A stretch of DNA of 64,000 nucleotides from Candidatus Latescibacterota bacterium. Lineage in GTDB: Bacteria; Latescibacterota; UBA2968. The stretch is taken from NCBI GenBank assembly GCA_965204745.1, contig OZ242010.1:192001-256000 (forward strand), in the 5' to 3' direction. How positions within the stretch are numbered: the first letter of the stretch is position 1; each line of letters begins with the position of its first letter. Below are positions 51,620 through 62,212 of the stretch, piece by piece. The position numbers and the translations under genes are program-made. The notes beneath the pieces were generated by a model. The model saw only the letters and a list, made by a program, of their open reading frames with translations, made no database searches and was not told the origin of the DNA.

Positions 51620-52040
51620 TTCCGAGGGATTGTGCGAGGGGGGTTGGGGTTTCTATGGCGTGATCCATTCGCCCAAAGCCATCAAAACAGCCAGGGATAC
51701 AACCCTTTAAGAAAGCCATGCGCTCCCCCTTTCCTCGTAGGAAAGGGGGCCGGGGGGATAGGTCCTGCGAGGAAGGGGGAATGGCGAGAGGTTGTGCGAG
51801 GGATTGTGTGTAAGGGTTTTTGGATTTTCATGGCGTGATCCACTCGCTCAAAGCCATCAAAACAGCTAGGGATACAAACCTTTAAGAAAGCCATGCGCTC
51901 CCCCTTTCCGCGTAGGCACAGGCGTAGCCTACAATGAGCGAAGCGAATAACGGGGGCCGGGGGGATAGGTCTATGGCGGTAGGGTGGTGTGGGGTAATCC
52001 GCGCAATCCTCTAATCCGTTTAATCCGCGATTCAGACACG
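51620..52040. repeat. Tandem MITE-like units plus an AATCCG-rich element
   Basis: Two copies of an about 180-bp unit (AAAGCCATCAAAACAGC...AAGAAAGCCATGCGCTCCCCCTTTCC), inverted relative to 43049-43215. Confidence 0.8.
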
Positions 52041-52461
52041 GGTGGCAGGGCGGCGAGGATGGCCACGCTCATCGCTCTAAAACAAAATGTCAACAGAACC
52101 TCGTTCATGTCTTTGGATGATGGGTTGCGGCTTGCTTCTTACTCGCTTTCTACTCTTAATTCGCATTGTCAGTTGTCAGTCCGCCCCGCCCAATCCCCGT
52201 CGTAGGGGCGATGCCCCCGTGCTCGCCCAAAGATACAAGACGGAGAGGGATTGGGCGGAAAGGGGGCCTGTCCCTACGATTCATTCCTCGCATTTTGGGG
52301 TAGTCGGGCGGCCCTCTTACCTCTCCCGTCTTACTTCTTACCCCCGGGCCGGGCGGCTGGGTGGGGACTGACCACTACCCCAAAAAAAATTTGACTTTTA
52401 GGCGGGAATTGTAATATATTGGCACGCAAACAAATCAACAGTCCCAACCTCACATCAGGAA

Positions 52462-52800
52462 ATGGTACCTATGGAGATCAAAACCGAACGACAAAACAGC
52501 ACTTTAATCGCAAAGGTGGAGGGCCGGGTTGACAGTGCCAATGCCCGCGAGTTCGAGAACGCCCTCAGCGCGACGATCACCGACGACGATACGTACGTGA
52601 TCGTGGATTTTGCGGGGCTTTCCTACATCAGCAGTTCGGGCCTTCGGGTCATTTTGCTGATCGCCAAAAACCTTCGGAGTCGCAACGCGAAATTCGCGCT
52701 CTGCTCGCTCTCTGGCCCAATTGGCGAGGTCTTCAAGATCAGCGGCTTTGACAAGATCATTTCGATCTACGGCTCGCAAGACGAGGCCCTCGCCGGGTAA
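52462..52800 (+). CDS. STAS anti-anti-sigma factor (RsbV/SpoIIAA-like)
   Basis: GRVDS, YISSSGLRV and VFKISGF motifs. Confidence 0.92.
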   Translation: MVPMEIKTERQNSTLIAKVEGRVDSANAREFENALSATITDDDTYVIVDFAGLSYISSSGLRVILLIAKNLRSRNAKFALCSLSGPIGEVFKISGFDKIISIYGSQDEALAG

Positions 52801-53148
52801 ATCCCGCTCGCCGGGCCAACAGCATCGCACACCTATCGCTGGCGAAAGTCGAGGTATGGATCTCGACCTTCGATGATCTGTTGGCCCAAGCGCAGACCGC
52901 CACCAACATCCCTTCAAAGAAGGCATTGGTAGAGCGGAAAAACGTGCGACTGCTTCTATACTTCGGTATGGATTGGGCGTTTGCCCAACAACGATCATTA
53001 TCCATCCCGAACAACTACCTTCCCGTCTCGCCCCGTGCTCCTCGCGTCGAAGCGAAGGGGCCGGGGCTTTCGTCCCTCAATACGCTCCGCTTCCAACCCT
53101 TCCCAAAATACCGTCCCCCTTTCATCCCACAAACCATTTGAGGAATCT

Positions 53149-54318
53149 ATGGCGCAAGCGCAATACAAAATCCTAGTGGTTGACGATGAACCCGACCTCG
53201 AACACTTGGTGCGGCAACGCATGCGCCGCTATGTGCGTGCCGGGCAGTACTTGTTCACCTTTGCCCACAATGGCATCGAAGCCCTCGAGAAACTCAATGA
53301 GGATTCCGACATCGACATGGTGCTCACAGACATCAACATGCCTCAGATGGACGGCCTCACCCTGCTCGAACAAATTCCAAAAGTCGATCCCAACATCCGC
53401 TCTGTCATCGTCTCGGCGTATGGCGACATGAAAAACATCCGCACGGCCATGAACCGGGGCGCGTTTGACTTTGTCACCAAACCCATCGACTTCAAGGATC
53501 TACAGATCACTATCGACCGCACCTTGCGCCACATGACCTTGTGGCGCGAGGCCCTGGCTTCGAGGGACAAACTGGTGGCATTGCAGAACGAGTTGCACGT
53601 CGCCAGCGAAATGCAGCAGTCGATTTTGCCGACCGAATTCCCGGATCGACCGAACTGTCAGTTGTTTGGCAACATGGCGCCTGCGCGCGAAGTGGGCGGC
53701 GACTTTTTCGATATCGTCAACTTAGAACAAGGGCGCATCGGCTTGGCTATCGCCGATGTCTCTGACAAAGGCGTACCGGCCGCTTTGTTCATGATGTCTA
53801 GCCGCACCCTGTTGAAGGGCACCGCCATTGGCAGCCCAAACCCGGGCGAGGTGTTGCAAGAAGTCAACGAACTACTCGAGCAAGACAACGAAGCGGCGAT
53901 GTTCGTCACCATGTTTTACGCGGTATTCAATCCGGAAAATGGGCGACTCATTTACGCCAATGGGGGGCATAACCCCCCGATCATCGTCCACCCAGATGGC
54001 AGTTCGACCGTGCTTCCGCAGACCGATGGGATCGCCTTGGGCATTATGCCAGACATCGACTTCACGCAGAACGAGATCACCCTGTCGCCCGGGGATATTC
54101 TCGTGTTTTACACGGATGGCGTTACCGAAGCCATGAACAGCCGCGGCGAGGAATTCGAAATGGATCGCCTGCGCGCCGTTTTTGCCGGCGCGCAATGGGA
54201 CGATGCCCGCCGCGCAAATCAAGCGGTTTTCGATGCCGTGCATGCGTTTGCGGGCGAAACGCCGCAGTTTGACGACATCACCTGCCTGACGCTTCTGTAC
54301 CGCGGGAGAGAGCCATGA
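53149..54318 (+). CDS. Response regulator fused to a SpoIIE/PP2C phosphatase (RsbU-like)
   Basis: REC domain, then VGGDFFD, ADVSDKGVPAAL, YTDGVTEA and DDIT. Confidence 0.92.
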   Translation: MAQAQYKILVVDDEPDLEHLVRQRMRRYVRAGQYLFTFAHNGIEALEKLNEDSDIDMVLTDINMPQMDGLTLLEQIPKVDPNIRSVIVSAYGDMKNIRTAMNRGAFDFVTKPIDFKDLQITIDRTLRHMTLWREALASRDKLVALQNELHVASEMQQSILPTEFPDRPNCQLFGNMAPAREVGGDFFDIVNLEQGRIGLAIADVSDKGVPAALFMMSSRTLLKGTAIGSPNPGEVLQEVNELLEQDNEAAMFVTMFYAVFNPENGRLIYANGGHNPPIIVHPDGSSTVLPQTDGIALGIMPDIDFTQNEITLSPGDILVFYTDGVTEAMNSRGEEFEMDRLRAVFAGAQWDDARRANQAVFDAVHAFAGETPQFDDITCLTLLYRGREP

Positions 54319-54737
54319 GCGCGAAACGATTGTTGCGCTTTGCAACGCACCTCGACGAGTTGGCGCGCCTCAGCACAGCCATAGAGGAAATCGGGGAGGC
54401 GGAAGATTGGCCGCTCGACCTCGTCTTTCAAATCAATCTCGTTCTCGAGGAATTGGTCGTCAATATCGTCAACCACGGGCACGGCGGCGATCCCAACCAC
54501 GAGATCGAGATCGCATTCACCTCAGAGGCAGACGCCCTGACCATCGAATTGATAGACGACGGGCGCGCCTTCAATCCCTTGGACGACGCCCCGGAACCCG
54601 ATCTGGACTCGGAAGTCGAGGATCGGCCCATCGGCGGGCTCGGCGTCCATCTGGTGCGTACGGTCATCGACGCGATGATCTACAAGCGCGAGAACGGCAA
54701 GAACCACCTGACCATGATCAAGCGGAGGGATGGATGA
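54315..54737 (+). CDS. RsbW-like anti-sigma/serine kinase
   Basis: EELVVNIVNHG, DDGRAFNP and GGLGVHLV motifs. Confidence 0.9.
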   Translation: MSAKRLLRFATHLDELARLSTAIEEIGEAEDWPLDLVFQINLVLEELVVNIVNHGHGGDPNHEIEIAFTSEADALTIELIDDGRAFNPLDDAPEPDLDSEVEDRPIGGLGVHLVRTVIDAMIYKRENGKNHLTMIKRRDG

Positions 54738-55900
54738 GACGCTCCCTGTGCGCCATCGTGTTGGTCGCCATGGCGATAGCGGACCTCCGCGCAGAAGAAT
54801 CCGGCATTTCCGACCAGCGCATCCTGTTCGGGCAGTCCGCCGCCTTTAGTGGCCCGGTCAGCGAACTGGGCAAAAACATGCGGATCGGCATCAAAGCGGC
54901 TTTTCAAGAGGTCAACGATCGAGGCGGCGTCCACGGCCGCCGCCTGGAGTTGCTGTCTCTCGACGACGCGTATGAACCCGAAGTCGCCATTGCCAACACC
55001 GCCGAGTTGATCGACCGAGAAGGGGTTTTCGCGCTCATCGGCGCGGTTGGCACGCCCACCTCGCTCTCTGCTGCTCCCGTAGCCGCTGCCGCGCGCGTTC
55101 CCTATATCGCGCCTTTTACCGGCGCGGCTTTTTTGCGTGAACCCAAGTGGCAAAACGTGATCAACCTGCGCGCTTCCTACGACCAAGAGACCGAGGCGAT
55201 GGTCGCGCGCTTGACCGCGGACTTGGGCATCTCGCGCATCGCGGTGATGTACCAAGACGATTCCTTTGGTCGGGCCGGCTATCGGGGCGTGTTGCAAGCA
55301 CTCGAGCAGCGCGCCATGGCCCCTGTGGCCGTGGGGGTGTACCCGCGCAATACCACGGCTGTGAAAACCGGGTTGCTCGACATACGCAATGCGAATCCCG
55401 GCGCCGTGATCCTCATCGGCGCGTACCAGCCCGTGGCAACGCTGATCCTTTGGGCGCGGCACACGGGCCTCAATCCCGTGTTTATGACCCTCTCCTTTGT
55501 GGGGAGCAACGCGCTGAGCAACGCACTCGGGCGCGCGGGCGCGGGCGTTTTCGTCACCCAAGTCGTGCCCTTTCCAATGGGCAACGCACCCCGCGTCGTC
55601 GCGGCCTATCGCAGCGCATTGGCGGCCCACATGCCCAAAGCAATGCCCGGGTTCGTTTCCCTCGAAGGCTATCTGGCCGGGCGCTTGGCAATTGACGCCC
55701 TCCAACGTTGCGGCAGAGAGGTCACGCGCGCTCGGTTTCTCGACAGCTTGCGCGAGGCAGATGCCATCGATCTCGACGGCTTTCAACTGCGCTATGGCGA
55801 GCGCGACAATCAGGGTTCAGACGCCATCTTTCTCACCGTGATCGGCAACGATGGGCACTATCGCGCCATCGACACACTTCGGGATGTCATGCAGCCATGA
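54734..55900 (+). CDS. Periplasmic ligand-binding protein (LIV-BP type)
   Basis: Signal peptide; GGVHGR, LDDAYEP and VGTPT motifs. Confidence 0.88.
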   Translation: MRRSLCAIVLVAMAIADLRAEESGISDQRILFGQSAAFSGPVSELGKNMRIGIKAAFQEVNDRGGVHGRRLELLSLDDAYEPEVAIANTAELIDREGVFALIGAVGTPTSLSAAPVAAAARVPYIAPFTGAAFLREPKWQNVINLRASYDQETEAMVARLTADLGISRIAVMYQDDSFGRAGYRGVLQALEQRAMAPVAVGVYPRNTTAVKTGLLDIRNANPGAVILIGAYQPVATLILWARHTGLNPVFMTLSFVGSNALSNALGRAGAGVFVTQVVPFPMGNAPRVVAAYRSALAAHMPKAMPGFVSLEGYLAGRLAIDALQRCGREVTRARFLDSLREADAIDLDGFQLRYGERDNQGSDAIFLTVIGNDGHYRAIDTLRDVMQP

Positions 55901-58029
55901 CCGATTTCTTAAAACGCCTCCTCGAAAGTCGCTTCCGAATCTCCTCGCAGCTCTATATGAGCATCGGCGGCGCAGTCATGCTCACGATGGGCGCGAGTTT
56001 GGTCGGTTGGTTTTCCTTCGACCGAGTGGGCGACGCCCAAAGCCGCGTGAACGAGGGCAGCGTGCCCGGGATGGCGGCCGCTTTCGGGGTCGCACAACAA
56101 AGCGGTGCATTGGTGGCCGCCGCGCCGCGCGTGGCCTCTGCTGTCTCGCCCGAAGCCTTTGCCCTCGTAACCGCTGAAATCGCCAAAGAGCGCGACACTT
56201 TTGAAGCGCAATTGGCCGCCCTGGCACAGCAAAGCGGCGACGAGGAACGCTTCAGTCGCATTCGCGCCCATGCCAACACCTTGATCTCCAATATCGCGGC
56301 CATCGAACAATCGGTGGCCGAGCGTTTTGTGCTGATCGAGCGCAGCGAAGCCCTGCGCGCAGAACTCGCCGAAGTCCGCGATGTGTTGGTCGGCGCGTTG
56401 GTGCCGGTCATCGACGATCAGTTGTTCTACGCCATGACGGGCTACCGCAGCTTGGGCGAAGTGCCCGCGCCGCGCGAGAAACACTTCTCGGAAGCGGAGT
56501 TTGACCGCTATCGCCATTTGTCCGAGTTGCAATCCGATGTGACTATCGCCATCCAACTTCTCGCAAGCGCGTTCAACCTGTCGGACGCGCCCCTCATCTC
56601 GCCCCTGCGCGAGCGATTCGAAGCGGCCAAGGGCAGAATTGAGCGGAGCTTGTCCGCACTCGAAACCGTTCCCTCGCGCGATCAAGTCGCCCAAATTTGC
56701 GCGCAGTTGTTCAAATTGGGCCTAGGCGAGCAAAGTGGCTTTGACCTGCGTGCCCGAGAACTCGAGTTGGTCGCGCACCAGCGGGAGTTGCTCGCCATGA
56801 ACAACCGCCTCGCCATCGACCTGATCGCAGATATCGAGGGGCTCGTGAGCGAGGCCCGCGTGAGCGTGCAGGAAGCCACGCAGGCTTCTACGCAAACCAT
56901 CAGCACGGGCCGCCGTTTTCTCCTCGCTTTGAATATCATCAGCATCGCTGGAGCCGTGCTGATCGCCTATTTGTTTGTGGGCAGGGTGTTGTTGCGCCGC
57001 CTCGAACGGCTCTCGGATCGCATGCGCGGCATGGCCGATGGCGATTTGGAGGCCAAAGTCGATATCGACGGCCGGGACGAGGTGGCAGATATGGCCGCGG
57101 CCCTCGAGGTTTTCCGCCGTCACGCCCTCGAGGTGCAACGCTTAAATCTGGTGGAAAAGTTGGCCGAAGAGTTGCAAGACAAGAACGCAGAACTCGAAAA
57201 TGTGCTGGCTGACTTGCAGCGCGCACAGGATCAGATCGTCATGCGCGAAAAATTGGCTGCGCTGGGCGAACTCACCGCGGGCGTGGCCCACGAGATCAAA
57301 AACCCGCTGAATTTTGTGAAAAACTTCGCGGAGGTGTCCGCGGAGCTCATCGAGGAATTGGGCGAGATTCTCGAAGAGACCGGCGAGGCCATCAGCGAAG
57401 ATCAGCGCGGTTGGATCGACGAAATCTGCCAAGACCTCACGGACAACCTCGGGCGCATCCGAGAACACGGCACCCGCGCGGACCGCATCGTTCACGACAT
57501 GCTCATGATGGGGCGTGGCGCGGGCGAATCACAGCTCACCAACATCAACAACCTGCTCGACGAACACGCCCGCCTCGCCTATCACAGCGCGCGCGCGGCG
57601 GATCCGAATTTCAATTTGACTATCGAGTCGAATCTCGATCCAAACGCGGGAGAGATCGATATCGTCCCGCAAGACATGGGCCGCGTCTTCCTCAACATGG
57701 TGAGCAATGCCTGCTATGCCACCGACGAGAAGCGGCGCGAATCGACCGCCTCGGGCAAGGCAGGCTACATGCCGATCCTGTCGCTTTCCACGCGGCGCGA
57801 AGATGATCGTCTCGAGGTCAGCATCAAAGACAATGGCAACGGGATTCCACCCGAGGTCGTGGATAAAATTTTCAACCCATTTTTCACCACCAAACCCACG
57901 GATCAAGGCACTGGGCTCGGCCTTGCCCTGTCCAACGACATCGTGCGCGAACACGGCGGAACCATCCACGTCACATCCGAACCCGGCGAATACACCGAGA
58001 TGACGGTTGAGTTGCCATTGAACAAATAA
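55897..58029 (+). CDS. Sensor histidine kinase with a TorS-like helical sensor domain
   Basis: TM, long helical region, TM, HAMP; AGVAHEIKNPLNF and FFTTK...GTGLGL motifs. Confidence 0.85.
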   Translation: MTDFLKRLLESRFRISSQLYMSIGGAVMLTMGASLVGWFSFDRVGDAQSRVNEGSVPGMAAAFGVAQQSGALVAAAPRVASAVSPEAFALVTAEIAKERDTFEAQLAALAQQSGDEERFSRIRAHANTLISNIAAIEQSVAERFVLIERSEALRAELAEVRDVLVGALVPVIDDQLFYAMTGYRSLGEVPAPREKHFSEAEFDRYRHLSELQSDVTIAIQLLASAFNLSDAPLISPLRERFEAAKGRIERSLSALETVPSRDQVAQICAQLFKLGLGEQSGFDLRARELELVAHQRELLAMNNRLAIDLIADIEGLVSEARVSVQEATQASTQTISTGRRFLLALNIISIAGAVLIAYLFVGRVLLRRLERLSDRMRGMADGDLEAKVDIDGRDEVADMAAALEVFRRHALEVQRLNLVEKLAEELQDKNAELENVLADLQRAQDQIVMREKLAALGELTAGVAHEIKNPLNFVKNFAEVSAELIEELGEILEETGEAISEDQRGWIDEICQDLTDNLGRIREHGTRADRIVHDMLMMGRGAGESQLTNINNLLDEHARLAYHSARAADPNFNLTIESNLDPNAGEIDIVPQDMGRVFLNMVSNACYATDEKRRESTASGKAGYMPILSLSTRREDDRLEVSIKDNGNGIPPEVVDKIFNPFFTTKPTDQGTGLGLALSNDIVREHGGTIHVTSEPGEYTEMTVELPLNK

Positions 58030-58082
58030 ACGAGGTTAGCCACAAAAGGCACAAAAGCGACAGTCCGTTCAGGAGAGAACAA

Positions 58083-60308
58083 ATGACACAACAATCGGAT
58101 ATCATCCAAGAGATACTCAAAGACAGCGATTATCATCTCGACTTGTTCAGAGAACGGGAAATCGCCACCCTGCGGGAAAAGGTCTTTGTCAAAACGAGCA
58201 GAGGCAGAGAAGTCCCGCATGTGAAGTGCATTGTGCGGGACAAGGATATTCAACTCAAGCCCGAAGAAATCGTCCGCCAACTCTACGCGGCGCGGCTTAT
58301 TGAGCAGTACGGCTATCCCAAAAACCGGTTGGGCTTTGAATACTCGGTCAACTTTGGCAGAGAAAAGAAAAAGGCCGATATCGTCATTTTTGACAAAGAC
58401 CGTTTTGATGCGACCTATATCATCGTGGAGGTCAAAAAGCCCAAGCTCAAAGATGGCAAGGCACAACTCAAGTCCTATTGCAACGCCACGGGCGCGCCGA
58501 TAGGCGTGTGGACAAATGGCGAGCAAATTTCCCATTACCACCGCAAAGACCCCAATTATTTTGAGAACATCACCGACATTCCAAACCGGGATCAAAGCCT
58601 TGAAGATGTCCTCAACCAACGCTTTACCCTGAAAAACCTGATCCTCAAGGATAAGGTCGTCAATAATCAAAAACCTCTGAAAGACATCATTTTGGAAATG
58701 GAAGACGAAGTGCTGGCAAATGCCGGGGTGGATGTATTCGAGGAGGTTTTCAAACTCATATTCACCAAGCTATACGACGAATTTTGCAGTCAGCAGGACA
58801 AAATAGCCATCAATTCTATCGTGCGACAAAAGACAAAAACGGCTGTCAGTGAGCCAAGGTCGGACTATTCCAATGGACAGGATTACGAAGCGATCAAAAA
58901 AGAGGTCAAAAAAATTGACGACGAGGACTTTCGCCCCATGTCGTTTAGGAATACCGGGCAGACCGATGCGGAACTGAAAGCCAAAATCCAAGCCCTGTTC
59001 GATCAGGCCAAAAGCGAGTGGCCCGGGGTTTTTGGGAAAGACGCGACTTTTGAACTCTCCGACAGCCACTTGTCCATTTGCGTGTCCAGCTTGCAGGACG
59101 TGAAGTTGTTCAACTCCAATCTGCTGGTGGTGGATGAAGCCTTTGAGTATCTCGTCAGCAAATCCGCCAAAGGCGAAAAGGGGCAGTATTTCACGCCGCG
59201 CCATGTCATTGATATGTGCGTGCAGATGCTGAATCCCCAACCCGGCGAATACATGATCGACACCGCGTCCGGCAGTTGCGGTTTTCCAGTGCATACCATT
59301 TTCAAACTCACGGGCCATCTGTTCAGCAACGCGGAGATTAAGCCAGAGGAAAAGGCGCATGTCCTGAAAGTGTTCGGCATTGACTTTGATGAAAAAACCG
59401 TTCGCGTCGCCCGCACCTTGAACCTGATCGCCGGCGATGGCGAGACCAATGTGCTGCATTTGAACACGCTGGATTTTGAACGCTGGAGCGACAGAACAGA
59501 AAAAGACAAGCAGTGGATCAGAACTTATGGCGCTGGCTTTGAACGGCTGGAAGAACGGAGAGCCGAAAGAGGTCAGAACAAGCGGTTTAACTTCGATATT
59601 CTGATGGCAAATCCGCCCTTTGCCGGCGACATCAAGGATGGACGTATGTTGCATCAATACGAACTCGGGTTTAAGGCAAACGGCAAGGCGCAAAGCAAAG
59701 TCGGGCGCGACATTCTGTTTATCGAGCGCAATCTGGACTTTCTAAAGCCCGGCGGGCGCATGGCGATAGTGTTGCCGCAAGGCAGATTTAATAACACAAC
59801 CGACGAATACATCAGGGAATTTATCGCCGAGCGCGGGCGCATCCTCGCCGTGGTTGGGCTACACGGCAACACGTTCAAACCGCACACGGGCACCAAAACC
59901 AGCGTGTTGTTCGTGCAGAAATGGGACGATGAACTTTGCCCCCAAGTGGATGACTACCCCATCTTTTTTGCCGTGAGCGAACAGGGAGGGAAAGACAACT
60001 CCGGCGATTATATCCATCTCAAAAACGAGAAAGGGCGGGGCAAGCTGGACAAAAACGGCCATCTGATTGTGGAACATGATTTGCACAACCACGCTGGCGA
60101 ACTGCCCGACGGCATCGCCGAAGCCTTTATCGAATGGGCAAAGGATGAGGGATTGAGTTTTTGGAGAGGTGCAGAAGATGAGCAGAGAACTGATCGCCGC
60201 AACGCATGGCGGGACTTTGTTCGCAACAATCGCAAGCGGGAATTACATGTCGATCCAGATGCCGATATTACTCGTCTGTGCGATGAAGTGAACGTAGCAA
60301 CATCGTAA
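58083..60308 (+). CDS. Fused restriction endonuclease (HsdR_N-like) / N6-adenine methyltransferase
   Basis: ADIV...IVEVKK nuclease motif; GQYFTPR, DTASGSCGF and NPPF. Confidence 0.9.
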   Translation: MTQQSDIIQEILKDSDYHLDLFREREIATLREKVFVKTSRGREVPHVKCIVRDKDIQLKPEEIVRQLYAARLIEQYGYPKNRLGFEYSVNFGREKKKADIVIFDKDRFDATYIIVEVKKPKLKDGKAQLKSYCNATGAPIGVWTNGEQISHYHRKDPNYFENITDIPNRDQSLEDVLNQRFTLKNLILKDKVVNNQKPLKDIILEMEDEVLANAGVDVFEEVFKLIFTKLYDEFCSQQDKIAINSIVRQKTKTAVSEPRSDYSNGQDYEAIKKEVKKIDDEDFRPMSFRNTGQTDAELKAKIQALFDQAKSEWPGVFGKDATFELSDSHLSICVSSLQDVKLFNSNLLVVDEAFEYLVSKSAKGEKGQYFTPRHVIDMCVQMLNPQPGEYMIDTASGSCGFPVHTIFKLTGHLFSNAEIKPEEKAHVLKVFGIDFDEKTVRVARTLNLIAGDGETNVLHLNTLDFERWSDRTEKDKQWIRTYGAGFERLEERRAERGQNKRFNFDILMANPPFAGDIKDGRMLHQYELGFKANGKAQSKVGRDILFIERNLDFLKPGGRMAIVLPQGRFNNTTDEYIREFIAERGRILAVVGLHGNTFKPHTGTKTSVLFVQKWDDELCPQVDDYPIFFAVSEQGGKDNSGDYIHLKNEKGRGKLDKNGHLIVEHDLHNHAGELPDGIAEAFIEWAKDEGLSFWRGAEDEQRTDRRNAWRDFVRNNRKRELHVDPDADITRLCDEVNVATS

Positions 60309-60427
60309 GGACAACCCCCTGTGCCTGTCCGATAGGAATCGGATGCACACAACCCGCGCAATTTTGACCGACTAGCAAGGCCAAATCTTCATAATTTAAG
60401 CACCGTCGTTTGAAAGATGGGGGAAGG

Positions 60428-61906
60428 ATGCGGTATTCAGTCGTCAACCTACAAGACATTTCTTTAGAATCGACCATATTTCGGTTGGACTCAGAATTTT
60501 TTCATCCAGAGATATTGAGCACAAAAAAATGGATACGCTCAAAGGCGCATTCTACTTTAAGAAAAATTGGGTCAACCATAATTCATCCATCAGAAGTTAA
60601 AAGAAAATACGAAGAAACGGGCATTCAGATTTTACTGGCCCAAAACATCAGAGATAATTTTCTGGATTTCTCTATCAGGGTCTTCATGGCTAAAAAATTA
60701 GAGAACCTGCTAAAAAAAAACAGACTCGAATATGGAGACATAGCACTCACGAGGTCAGGGGCAAATTATGGACAATGCGCGCCATATCTCGGGTTGCCAT
60801 CGAAAATATTTGCCTGTGCTGACGATTTGGTGATAAAAAATATAAAAATTCCCGGCACGTATTTATCCACTTACCTGAATACATCCTTTGGCAAAAATCT
60901 AATTGAAAGTTGTAAATACGGTGGTTCACAACCCCATATAGCACCGCAAACGCTCTACGATATTCCTATTTACACACCATCGGATAAACTGATTCGCAAA
61001 ATTGATAGGCAAATAAAAAACGCATTTGAGTTGACAAAAAAATCAGAGGCCACATATCGCCAAGCCCAAACCCTCCTCCTCTCTGAACTCGGCCTTGCCA
61101 ACTGGAAGCCCAAGCATCAACTGACCTTTGTCAGAAACTACTCCGATACCCAGCGAGCGGGGCGCATGGACGCCGATTACTTTCAACCCAAATACGAAGA
61201 AATCATCAATGCCATCCTAAGCTACTCCGGTGGATGGGATACGCTGGGGAATTTGGCTTACTTAAAAAACGAGAATTTCAAACCAAAAAGTAAAACAGAG
61301 TACAGATACATTGAACTTGCCAATATCGCAGGCAACGGAGAAATAACCGACTGCATGACAACACGAGGCCGAGATTTGCCAAGCAGAGCAAGACGCAAGG
61401 TGTCAGCGGGAGATGTGATTGTTTCATCTATCGAAGGTTCATTGGATAGCAGTGCCTTAATCAAAAAAGAATATGACGAAGCCCTTTGTTCTACGGGTTT
61501 CCATGTGATCAACTCAGGGGTGTTTAATTCCGAAACGCTGCTTGTGCTGATGAAAAGCATAGTTGGGCAGTTGCAACTCAAGAAGGGGTGTAGTGGTACC
61601 ATTCTAACCGCCATCAACAAGGACGAATTTACTCAGATCGTTTTACCGATAATTGCACAAGAAAAACAGACGCGAATCTCGGAAAAAGTGACCGAGTCCT
61701 TCAACTCGCGAAAGCAATCCAAGCACCTGCTTGAATGCGCCAAGCGAGCGGTGGAACTGGCGATAGAGCAGGACGAACAAACCGCGATTGACTGGTTGGA
61801 AAATGAAAGGAATTGTTATGTTCCGCAAAACCATTGCCGAACCCAAATGCACGCCCAAGGCACAGGTGCTTGCCAGAGCACAAAAGAAAATTTGGGCGAT
61901 CAATGA
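60428..61906 (+). CDS. R-M specificity (S) subunit with two TRDs
   Basis: Repeated RLDSEFF/RMDADYF starts; GGSQPHI and PSRARR motifs; lower GC. Confidence 0.85.
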   Translation: MRYSVVNLQDISLESTIFRLDSEFFHPEILSTKKWIRSKAHSTLRKIGSTIIHPSEVKRKYEETGIQILLAQNIRDNFLDFSIRVFMAKKLENLLKKNRLEYGDIALTRSGANYGQCAPYLGLPSKIFACADDLVIKNIKIPGTYLSTYLNTSFGKNLIESCKYGGSQPHIAPQTLYDIPIYTPSDKLIRKIDRQIKNAFELTKKSEATYRQAQTLLLSELGLANWKPKHQLTFVRNYSDTQRAGRMDADYFQPKYEEIINAILSYSGGWDTLGNLAYLKNENFKPKSKTEYRYIELANIAGNGEITDCMTTRGRDLPSRARRKVSAGDVIVSSIEGSLDSSALIKKEYDEALCSTGFHVINSGVFNSETLLVLMKSIVGQLQLKKGCSGTILTAINKDEFTQIVLPIIAQEKQTRISEKVTESFNSRKQSKHLLECAKRAVELAIEQDEQTAIDWLENERNCYVPQNHCRTQMHAQGTGACQSTKENLGDQ

Positions 61907-62105
61907 AGATGTGCTCAACGCCGAGGGACTGACCGAAGATGAGGCTGACGTTGCAATTGAGGCAGGGCTAATCGACCCAGATCAAAAGTACTGGTGGCTC
62001 GAGGACTGGCAGAAGCGTCACCGCAAAGCTGAAGCGGATATTCGAGAAGGACGCATCCGTGCGTTTAATAGTCCCAAAGCATTCCTCGATGCCCTACCCT
62101 CATGA
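61818..62105 (+). CDS. Antitoxin-like protein
   Basis: IDPDQKYWWLEDWQ...AEADIREGRIRAF...FLDAL is typical of antitoxin C-termini; ATGA overlap with the next ORF. Confidence 0.6.
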   Translation: MFRKTIAEPKCTPKAQVLARAQKKIWAINEDVLNAEGLTEDEADVAIEAGLIDPDQKYWWLEDWQKRHRKAEADIREGRIRAFNSPKAFLDALPS

Positions 62106-62200
62106 GATATATCCAGACCGACCAATTCAGGGAAGCATTTGCAAAGCTCCCGCAAAGCATCCAACGGCGAGCAAAAAAACAGAGAGAATCGGGAACTTGA
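62102..62200 (+). pseudogene. Truncated RelE/ParE-like toxin
   Basis: MRYIQTDQFREAFAKLPQSIQRRAKK then a stop after 32 aa. Confidence 0.6.
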
Positions 62201-62212
62201 CAGGAGGAAGAG

